This document shows, piece by piece, positions 53,721 to 64,000 of a stretch of 64,000 bases of DNA. The notes below the pieces were generated by a model. It was given only the letters and a program-made list of their open reading frames with translations, searched no databases and was not told the DNA's origin. Numbering within the stretch: the first letter of the stretch is position 1; every line of letters starts with the position of its first letter. The position numbers and the translations under genes were made by a program. The DNA is taken from the NCBI RefSeq assembly GCF_009914755.1, contig NC_060926.1; one strand, given 5' to 3'. Source of the stretch: the human T2T-CHM13v2.0 reference genome, Homo sapiens.

Positions 53721-56700
53721 CACTTCTAAGGATAGCAAAACTACACTTCCCATACCCTTCCCTAACCTAAACCACACAAACACAGAGAGACCCCGGTTTC
53801 TCCTCTTAGAAACACACAACTGGAAAACATTTAGAAAGATTAAGGTAATAAAGGTTTGATATAACACCTCTAATTTAGGTTTTTGCATTTCAAGGCCAAA
53901 ATGAGGGAAAAATGCTTAACACAAATAAAATGAGACTTTCAATTCTCTAATGGTAGAAATTAAATGACCACTGAGGTTTATAGGTTGTGGTAGGTAAACC
54001 TCTCTCAAATTATAATATTTAGGGAAAATTGCCCATTTTGCATTTTCGGACAAAGGCTACAGGGCCTCATTTTTATTGCACAAATTTGGAGTAATTTCTG
54101 ATTAACAAATTACTTTTAAATTGCTTTCTATGCATATTCCTTCAGAAATCCAATTACCATTCCATTATTGGGAGGAGTGAATTAGAAAGTGAAGAGATAC
54201 TTGCATAAAATTAACATACCAATGGTTCTCCTTGCATTGATAAGCAAATTTCTTTTCATATCAGAAACCATTCATACAAAGATACTCATTATAGACACTG
54301 GAATCTGTCAGCATATTGCACACAGCATAACATGATCATGCTGTACCCAACATTTGTCCAATTTCAAATTAGACCGATCAGTCATTCACTGAAGGGTACA
54401 GACTGAAAAATGTTTCTTCTGGATATGAGCAGTCATAAAAAAAAGTCTTTGACTTACAGCTACAAAGTTAGTGTCCACTCTTAAATGTGTGATAATTAGT
54501 AGATTTTCTGATAATTACTGGATTTGGTTCTACTCAATTTGATTTTCAAGTTTCGAGAATGAGAAGAATCAGATATCTTTGCACCAATGCAGGAGAAAAT
54601 AAATGATGAGTTTCATCTTGTGCATGACTTTTAATCTGTGGGAAAATATATAAGCATGTCAAATGATGTTGGAGAATAGTCATATAAGTAACAGATAGAG
54701 AAATGTCCACAGGCAAAGTCTGTAATTTTGTCTACAAGCAAAATTCTCTAATTGCCTATAAGCAAAGTAGCTATATTCCTATTAGAATTACACTTACAAA
54801 TTAAAATGGACATTCATTTGGAGGTTGGATCTAAGTAAATATCATGTACTTATCTCTTTCACTTTGGAAAAAAATGTGATTAATCTGAAATAGAGAAGGG
54901 AATCACAATGCTACCATTTGCTAATTTATGCCTTTATATTCTCATTTTACTAAGTAGATGTATGCCACTTTTTGGACAGTGTCAGCATTAGTCTAAGTAA
55001 TTTGTTTTGGAGGCAATATCCCTGCTAAATAGAGTGAAGATAATTTGTAGTCTTCACTCAAAAGAAAGAGCTCAGCAATTTTCTTGTAACATATTAGTAA
55101 AGATGTCTCCGTTTCATACACCTGAGGTCCATGTCACTAAGCTTGACCATGTGACATAAAGAAGACAGCTTTAGGATTAAAGCTCTGACTCATGGACACA
55201 TTATAGGTCTTGGCTTAAGCTTTTGAATTATTGGTCTTTCCCTTCTAGTGGTTGAGCTAGATGATAATAATATAAATCTCTCTAAAGAGGATCAGACAGA
55301 TAACATCAAAAGCACCAGGGTCCTACATACTCAGAGCTTTCAGAAATTCAAGACTGGCTTCTATCTCCTTGGGAGGAAAAACATCATGCATATGTTTGGT
55401 CAGAAAAGAAAATAATTTCTGAACCATGTCTCTTAACCCCTCACTAAGGATCCCTGCAATGTGCCCTTGTAATAATAACCCCACAGTTGGATCTCAAGAC
55501 AAGGGCTCTGCTTACAAGAAGGCATTCAGATGTGTCATGAAAAATAAACAAATCGAAAGTGAAGAGCAAAGCGGGAACATACAAAACACACTAGAAAGCT
55601 CCAGCACTGGGAAGTCAGCTGTGAAAATAGCTTGTTAATGTCACCCTGAGTTTGATTAAAGAATAAGACATTTCTACAAAAACAGCGATGTTTGAAGTCC
55701 ACCACTGCTACAAGATAAAATAAAGCCTTCAAGGAATTTTCAGGACAGAAATACATGACATGATTATGAAAATGAAGTTCTACTGACCTCATGTGTGAAA
55801 TCACTTTAAGCTGGTATACAAGTGTCTTACTGTAAACTTCAAATTGAAGAAGTCACACTTGTTGGGAGAGCATCGTAAAAGTAACAACCCCCTCGCCCCG
55901 TCTTACATATGTGCTATGTTCTTTGTCGCATATAGAGAATGCTGAGCTTTGAATGCATTAAAGAAAATCAGACTAGATATAAATCAGGGTCCAGAATATT
56001 TTGACTAAAAACCTAAGCACAACAACTTGGGATATCATTGCTAATATAGCTGAATCGGATTGTATTTGCAGTAAGGAGGGAAACTATATTCCTTTGATTA
56101 GATGTTGTTAAGTTTCCTTCTGTTTCTGTTACCTCCATTGAAAGCATAAGAATCAGATATTATATAAGCCCTATAGCTTTTCTGCTTGTATAAATTCATT
56201 CAGTTGACAATGTCAAATACAAATGTCAATACTGAAAAATAAAACAGTATATTAAAGACTGAAGCATAATTAGGAATAGTTCCCAACTGATGGTTTATAT
56301 GTTCTTTGGGAGATTCTGTAGAAACACCTTTTAATCACTATTTCTCTTGTAAGTGACACTTATAAATCCCTCTTTCTTTTCTAACCGAAAAAGCTGAAAG
56401 TTTTCCTCCTATTTTTCCCAAAATGATAATGAATAGGACTTGCACTGAAGCCACAATACTCTGATTCTACAGAGAAGACAAGCAAGGAGAAATTCTCAGA
56501 AGATTTTCTTTCAATAAGCAAACTCACTGCCAGTTCGATAGAGCATAAGGTTTATCTGAATTGTTCTGAAACCAGAGCTAGGAATTCTGGGAGGTCAAAC
56601 TCTTGTTACACTTCTAGAATTTCTTAGGTCTCTTAACACAGGCATGAGCTTTAGGTCCAACAAAAGTTTTGTTCAGTGCAAAACCAACATTCAGAGGCCC

Positions 56701-56809
56701 ATTGAATCATGAGCCTATGCCATAGAGCATTCAAAGAGTGCTCCTGCTGCAGTAGGACTTTTATCAGTCTTAGAGGACAACAGCTAACAGGTGCGCTCTG
56801 TGCAAAACA

Positions 56810-56910
56810 CTGACGTTCCAATTTCAGTTCAGTCCTTCCAGAGAAAAGAAGCTTGGACAATTATCTTTTCTTTTGGCTCATGTCCTTATTTGTAAAATGA
56901 GGGAGATAGA
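56810..56910 (+). mobile_element. MIR fragment
   Basis: cttggacaattatc...ggctcatgtccttatttgtaaaatgaggga. Confidence 0.55.
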
Positions 56911-58513
56911 CAAGCATTCCTTTTAAGTTTGTTTCACCCATCAGCACGATGTACAAAGCAAAAGATAAAAGGAGGGGAAAGGAATATTATGGTGTCAGGA
57001 ATTTAGCAAATGTTCTAATGGGAAACAGTTTCTTTATGACAGGACTTCTCAGAGCCTTGAAATGAAGCTGCTTTGTCCAATTGACACATATCTAAAGCAC
57101 ATTAAATATTCTTAAGTAGTTTCCACTTGTAAAGTGCCCATCGTGTGCCCGTAATTTTCTATATCTCTCAGAAGAAACATAGTCTTTATGTTTAAAAAAT
57201 AGTAGCTGCTCTTTCCTGGGGCTGGGGGGGAAGAAATTAGGATAACATTTCATCCCAAGAAATATTTAATATGTGAGAGTGCTGTTCCTTTCTCAACCCA
57301 TTGTCTACTCCTCGATTGCATGATTATTCTTCTTTCTGAGACCAGGTTCAAGCAGGCTTTCCAAAGCTCTGCTCCTCCATTCTTTCTGAGACAGCAACTC
57401 TCCCGCTAGCTATTTGCACCACAGATTTCATGTTCAGAGCAAGTGAGGAGTTAATGGATTATTTGCTTTGGCAGCTCAGAGCAATCTGCTCTCGCCATGT
57501 TCGTGCTTTTTTTCCAGTTGTCTTTATTCCTTTTCCCCTACTGAATCTCCATCATCATTTTTTGGCTTTCTTCTCTACCACGCTTCTCTAATACTAAAGA
57601 GACGGTGAAGATTTTCTCTTCCTTTTGCCAGAGCAAACAGTCAGAGGATCACGCCTGGCCAAGTGCACTGAGGCTGCACTGGGGAAGTTGGTTTAGGCCT
57701 GGGAACTTACAAGAACCAGAACTCTTTCCCAACAATTTTTGCGTCTTTCAACCACTGACAGGATTTTTCAAAGACCAACATGCCCCTGAACCCCAAATCT
57801 TGTGCTGTACAATCAGGGAGTTAGAAACAAGGTAAGAACTTTTTAAAAATACGTGTTTCAAACAGTAGAAAAATTTAATTTTAATTGAAAGGCAAGTAAG
57901 GGATTGAGGAAAGTAAAAATAATACAACACACTCTGATTTTATGCTCTACTTTCCCACATATTAGGCAGCAGATGTAATTTTCATCAACCACTTTACATA
58001 GGCAAATTTGCACCCCCTGGCTTTGACACAGACCATTTTGAGGCAGGAAACTCAGTACCAGAAGGCAGGGCACCAACAGCTTAGCTTACTGCACAGGTTT
58101 CCATGAATTTCTAATTGAACATGCATAAAGATGCATAAAACATTGAGAGAAGCGGGAGAGTTTATTTGATTAGAACTTGGGGTAAACACATTCATGTCAC
58201 ATGTAAGTCCCATGTTAGAATGGCATTCTGAATGTGATGCTCCAACAGTGAATTGAAATTCAGCCCAAGAGGAAGTGGCACTAAGAGGTACACCATGTGA
58301 CCAGTGCTTGAAAATTAGGATTTTCTCCCTAGAAGACCTATCTCTTGGTCAAGAAATGATTTCATTGCCTAAAAGAATCAACTGGAAAGAAGTAGAAAGT
58401 GATTGGAGGAAAACCTCATTGATTTCACTCACTTTTGAAAGAATATAATCATCCCCTTTCCCCTTTATAGAAGTTTTTATTTTTACATTGTATAATTGGA
58501 ACATCATACCTTT

Positions 58514-58881
58514 TGCTACACACTGAATGTTTGTGTCCCTCCAAAATTCATACGTCAAAGCCTAATCTCCAATATGACACTGTTAGGAGATGGGGTCAAG
58601 GGGAGGGAATTAGGTTATGAAGGTGGAACCCTCATGATGGGGGACAAGTGCCCTTATAAGAAGACACACCAGAGAGCTTGCCTCCTCCTTCTCTGACCTC
58701 CAACATGAGGATACAAGAAGCTAGCCATCTACCAACTAAAAAGAGGCCCCTTACCAGACACTGGACCTGCCAGCACCTTGATCTTGGACTTCCAGCTTTC
58801 AGAACTGTGAGACACAAATTTCTATTGTTTAAGCCGCTCCATCTATGGAATTTGTCATAGCAGTCCAAAGTGACTAAGACA
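58514..58881 (+). mobile_element. MLT1A-type MaLR solo LTR
   Basis: TG...CA ends (tgctacacactgaatgtttgtgtccctccaaaattcat / gactaagaca); perfect 5-bp TSD CCTTT at 58509 and 58882. Confidence 0.92.
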
Positions 58882-59856
58882 CCTTTATATTTATTTCATA
58901 CTCCAAACTCAGTTTTATTTAGTAATAGGATTGTAATAATTTATAGTAAGATTATATACATTAACATTTTAATTCCCTATGCTAATTTAAAATTAAAAAT
59001 AGGTTCTTTTTATCACATCAAACAACATTTCAATGAAACTATTAGAAAAACTACAAAGGAAATTATGACTCCCTAATGATCTAGTTCATTTTCTCCCAGA
59101 AGATAAAAACTGGGCTTCTTACCTAGAACAATGGTGAAACTTACATTAAAAAATATATATATGCAAAGCATCATTGCCTTCTTGCTTCCGTTGCACAGGC
59201 AAAAATTTAATACATGTAGACCAGATTCCCTGGTCTTCTGTCAACTACTTCAATAGAATATAGATAATTCACCCTCTATGCCCACCCATAAGGATGCAGA
59301 TCCAAGGTCCCTTGACTCCCCAGATGGTTTGGTTCACTAAAATCCCTTGTGCTCAGATAAAATCCATCCCAGGCCTGCTTTGGTGATGGAGATGTATCAA
59401 GTTGAAACAAAGTCAGGGCCCCTCTGCAAACAATGATCAGAAACAGAAGGTTCCAAGTAGAAAACCCTTTCCTGCTCTTACCTACACCTGGACAAGCCAG
59501 ATGCTCAGGGAAATCTGACATCACAGCATAAGGTCTGGCGACTAGTCAGCCCTTTGTCTCTTAAATAACCCACTGAACTATCCACACTTCTCAGCAAATA
59601 AAACTACTGTGTTCCTACTGAATACATCTTCAAGTAGTCTGTTACCCAAGAGACAGTGTGTGTTTTGCACCATCCAGGCAGTTGGTGAAATTGACTAACT
59701 AGGGCCCTCCTCCCTACAATGGAAACTTGGGGAGGATGGAGAAAGGATCTCACCACGGTGTGAACACAAGATTCCCATGAGGGGAGAAAGCATCAATATC
59801 CAGTGTCAGGACAGAGTGGCAAATGCAATTAGAGAGAATTTTCATTTCCAAATGGA

Positions 59857-59995
59857 TTTTTTTTTTAATCTTTTTAAGTACCAGGGTACATGTGTAGGAT
59901 GTGCAGGTTTGTTACATAGGTAAACGTGTGCCATGGTGGTTTGCTGCACTTATCAACCCATCACCTAGGTATTAATCCCAGCATGCATTAGCTCT
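59857..59995 (-). mobile_element. Severely 5'-truncated L1PA 3' end (~135 bp)
   Basis: Poly-T then gggtacatgtgtaggatgtgcaggtttgttacataggtaaacgtgtgccatggtgg; TSD-like tggattttt / tgggttttt. Confidence 0.88.
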
Positions 59996-60139
59996 TGGGT
60001 TTTTATACTTTCTTGTAAGCAACCTTGAAAAACCACTCTGCCTCATCCAGAGAATGCAAAAGCCAGTGTAGGCATGTGCAGAAACTGAGCTGCACAGCAC
60101 ACTGCCATGCCTTGAGTGATCAACAACAGGAACTTGCTA

Positions 60140-60400
60140 ATTACTAACAGCCAGTATATTCACTCTAACTATGGGCCAAATGCTATGCAAAATGTTTGCG
60201 TGTATTACCTCATTTAAATTTGCAAAGACTTTAGGAGGCCAGTCCTATTATCACACCCATTTTACAAGGCAAGAAATGGAAGTGCAGAGAAGCTAAAGAG
60301 TTTGCCCAAGGTCACAAAGATGAGAAACTATTAAAGCAAAAAATCTCAGGCAATCTGATACCAAAGACCTTGACCTTCAGATCACCAGCTTCAATTGCCT
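60140..60400 (-). mobile_element. MIR SINE
   Basis: cccattttacaaggcaagaaatggaagtgcagagaagctaaagagtttgcccaaggtcaca. Confidence 0.8.
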
Positions 60401-60436
60401 TCCCTTAGTCTCAAACTCGGGCATTTGCAGAGCCTA

Positions 60437-61040
60437 TGGTGGGCAGATTAAGAGCCTCCAAAAGATGTCCATATCCTATTCTTCACAACCTACTAATGTT
60501 ATATTACATGTTACAGGGAAGTTAACATAGGAGATAGAATTAAAATTGCTAATCATCTGACCTTAAAATAAGATTAGCCTGGATTGTCTAGGTGGGTCTA
60601 ATGTAATCATCAAGGCCCTTAAATGTAGAGAGGAAGGGAGAATAGTCAGTGTCAGAGTGTTGCAGCATGAGAAACATTTGGCCACTGCTGGCTTTGAAGA
60701 TGGAGAATGGGCCACACACCAAGGGAAGCAGGGGGCCAGGCAAGGCAAGGACACAGATTCTCCCCTACGTCCTCCAGAAAGGAAGATCGCTAAGCTAACA
60801 CCTGGACTTCAGTTCACAGAGACCCATCCTAAACTTCTCACCTGCATAAATGTGTGAGAACAAGCTTGTGTTTTCCATAACACTATGTAGAACACTATAT
60901 AGAACTGTTCTATAACAAGTTAAAAAAAATACATTTAAAGACTCATCACAAATAAAAAAAAAAAGTAAACAAATTTGCACTGTTCTAAGCCATTATGTTT
61001 GTGGTCATTTATTACAGCAGCAAGAAGAAGCTATTGTTAA
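60437..61040 (+). mobile_element. MLT1D-like MaLR solo LTR with an internal insertion
   Basis: gctaatcatctgaccttaaaataag...gtgggtctaatgtaatca...ctgctggctttgaagatggag...taagccattatgtttgtggtcatttattacagcagca. Confidence 0.85.
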
Positions 61041-61789
61041 TAGAAGACTCACTAGTTAGAATTCTGAAGAGAGAAGCTGATCAAGAGGAAGAACCATGTG
61101 GGCCCACAGGTAAAAGGAGGAAAGCGAGACTTAAGCAGAGACGGTTCCTCTCCAAACTAGCTCAGAGCTTGCAGCTTTTCCTTAGGGAAGAGAAATGGAA
61201 GACTGACACCAGAAGCTGGTCTGCATCGTTTCTGGTGCTGCCTATAACCTGGCAGGGAGATGTTTGTTGTTCTTATCACAGAGTGAGGGCTCATTCTCAT
61301 CAAATCCCTCTGTCATCTTAATAGAACCCTCTAGGTCCTGTTATAGATGGCAACTGTCCTGAGGGGCCTCTACCTGACAATTAGAGTGAGTCAAAACTGA
61401 TGCCCAGAGTGGGCAGAGCCAGTCACAGAGTGCCCTGGAAGGATCCAAGCCCAGCAAAGCTGATTTCCACCTGCCATGCGGCTCATCACCCAGGACAGCC
61501 TCCATGAGGGTTTGGAGAAGATGCTGTCTTTCAGGTACTAAAGCCTCAAAGTCCCTCCCAATCTTAGCAGCAACTTTATTCAATCTCTCAGGACCAAGGA
61601 AGTTGACGAAGAGGAGGTTACCCTGGGATTCAAATTTCAGATCTTACAGGCAGGGAGAATAAGGCTTGCTCATCAGATATCAAATATTAACAGAGCTTAA
61701 CCTCTTCCGGGCAAAGGTTCCTCTTTTTGAATCAGGGATGATAATCATAAGATGGCCATATTTCTATTTTTTAAAAAGTCTTTAGGTGT

Positions 61790-62200
61790 GGGAGAAACTT
61801 CGGGTGCCCACCAACATCAGAGTCCCCCACTTAGGCCTGGACAGCCTGCTAGATGACAGTCCCCAGTACCTGCAGCAAGGTAGGGTCATGTGACTGGCAC
61901 TTGTCAATGGGACAAGGGAAGGGCTGATGTGAGTCACATTTCGCACAGACACATGGTCCATACTCTCTTCCTTTGTCTACCAGATGCTGAGGATCCAGGG
62001 GAGGAAGACAAGCCCCAAGGCATGTTGGATGAAGTGACCAGATGGCAAGAGCTGAAACCCTGAACCCTAGCAAAGAGCCCTCTCACTGACAGCCCTACTG
62101 GACTTCACTGTGTGCAAGAAATAAAGACTCAACTGTGTTAAGCCATGGAAGTTTCAAGGTCACTGGTTATGGAAATTAGCCTAGACTGCCTAGACTTATA
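61790..62200 (+). mobile_element. Old MLT1 (I/J-like) LTR
   Basis: ggtagggtcatgtgactgg...ggacttcactgtgtgcaagaaataaa...gttaagccatgga; 5' boundary uncertain. Confidence 0.6.
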
Positions 62201-62208
62201 TGCTGGAA

Positions 62209-62512
62209 TTTTTTTTTTTTTTTTTTTTTTTGAGACAGAGTCTCGCTCTGTCACCCAGGCTGGAGTGCAGCGGTGTGATCTTGGCTCACTGCAACCTCCA
62301 CCTCCCAGGTTCCAGCAATTCTCTGCCTCAGCCTCCCGAATAGCTGGGATTACAGGTGCCCGCCACCATGCCCGGCTAATTGTTTTGTATTTTTAGTAGA
62401 GACTGGCTTTCACCATCTTGGCCAGGCTGGTCTTGAACTCCTGACCTCGTGATCCACCCACCTTGGCCTCCCAAAGTGTTGGGATTACAGTCGTGAGCCA
62501 CCACACCCAGCC
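62209..62512 (-). mobile_element. AluS (Sg/Sc-like)
   Basis: Reverse Alu dimer; TSD tatgctgga(a)ttt at ~62199 and 62513. Confidence 0.95.
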
Positions 62513-63319
62513 TATGCTGGATTTCACAAACCCAGGAATTCTCCAAGATTGGTGATTCTGCCAGCCGTCTCTCCACTGCCCATGTTTGGATCATCAAAGA
62601 AAACAAGATGCTTCTTATTAGGCTTTTAGGACCATAGGTTGATGTTTCTTATTAGGCTTTTAGGCTTTTGATCTCAGTGTACAAGTAATTCTACCTTAGC
62701 TGGTTTACTTATTTGTTTATTTTTTTACAAGAGCCTGAGTTTCTAGAGGCAGCTATCTAATTTCTCAAGTCGGTCTCGGTTTATAACAAGCGAAGCAAGG
62801 AAATTCACATGGCCTGCCATGTCATTGGCTTATCTGGTTCAGCCTGTGCTACAGACAACCTTTCACCTAAATTGCCCTTGAACCACCACAGCACATGTCT
62901 TTGTGGGGTAAGTATGAATTAGCCTGACAAAGCCACACTGTAAATGTCAATGTTTTCAGGAAATGTTTACTATGAACAGCATATTGAACAATGCAATTGA
63001 AAACAGATTAAGAATTGACTTTGTGGTAGAAAATTATAGAGGGATGTTAAGCTGATTTTGAATAACCAACTATATGTTTTATCTAATTTTTAAAAATACA
63101 AATGTGTACTCCTATTAGTTTGAGCACATATAGTGAGTATTGGCTGTTTCACTCATTAGGAATTAATCATACATTATCTTTTGCCGTCTCTTCTGTTGCC
63201 TTAACCCATAGTAACTTGTTAATTACCACAATAAGCTTCCAACTTACATAATCCCAACTTAGGCAGTGCTCATTCAGAAATGCCCTGCTGAGACTCTCAG
63301 TTTCTTACATTATCTGTAT

Positions 63320-63515
63320 GGATTCCCAGACATGGAACCTGGGAGAAGTGACTCTATCGCTTCTGAACTTCTGCCTCTCTGGGCTGACTTTCTTACCTAT
63401 GAAATAGGTGCAATATTAGTGCCTGACTTATAAGGATGGAATGAAAAGAAATAACCCATGTGAAGCATTTCACATCCCACCTGGCACATAAGGAGGCAAG
63501 CCACATTGCTAGCTA
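63320..63515 (+). mobile_element. MIR SINE
   Basis: cctctctgggctgactttcttacctatgaaataggtgcaatattagtgcct...aacccatgtgaagcattt...cctggcacata. Confidence 0.75.
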
Positions 63516-64000
63516 TAAACAACATAGGTTTTAGGCAAGTTCCCAACTCTTTATAGGCCTGAATTTCTTCACCTAGAAAAATACAGACAGACACAGACAC
63601 AAATGTTCCCAGAGACAAACGCACTGCTCTGACAAAATTCCCAAGCAGCAAACAGAATTTGTGGTGCGTCAGTTAACCTGCTGAATGTTTATGTAGCAAG
63701 TGCATTCTGTGAAACAAGGATTTTTTATCATTATTATTGGCCAATAGACTTTTGAAACATCCTTACGCAAGAGGGATCACCACGTTGTAACATGTTATCA
63801 CATAATTTATCTCCATTTCAGAATAATAGGAAGGAATTTCCATGAGCCAGGGAGATTGGGGGCACTTCCTTTATCCTGGTCTCTAATCTGATCTGGTCCC
63901 ACTTCACTCAGACCAGCGCCATGTGGAAAGGAAGCGGCCCATCCTCCCCAGGGGAGATTCAATCACCGACAGTGAGTTTCCTTCTGCTGCAGGCAGCTAA

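Overview
This is AT-rich primate (human-like) genomic DNA, most likely a large intron or intergenic/lncRNA region. It contains at least 8 Alus (J, S and Y types), several L1 pieces (old L1M, a ~3.9 kb L1MA, a ~2.3 kb L1PA, an L1PB-like ORF2 fragment), many MIR/L2 relics, MaLR and ERV solo LTRs, MER47/MER5 DNA transposons and microsatellites. I recognise no known protein-coding exon; the long ORFs in the track come from Alu/L1 or look like chance ORFs. Repeat family names are assigned by eye from remembered consensus sequences, not by a database search. The most interesting non-repeat signal is a minus-strand unit at ~47.3-47.95 kb: a TATA/MEF2-type promoter, a first exon with a GTAAG donor, and a 26-nt microexon with near-ideal splice signals. 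Two reading frames stay open across the join, one with a hydrophobic N-terminus. This is a candidate muscle-type alternative promoter or microprotein gene; I cannot name the host gene. Other notable structures are a 268-bp local duplication (~94% identity) of non-repeat DNA, a 74-nt pre-miRNA-like foldback hairpin inside an L1, several plus-strand exon candidates (possible antisense lncRNA), a closely spaced inverted Alu pair, and two small A-tailed insertions.
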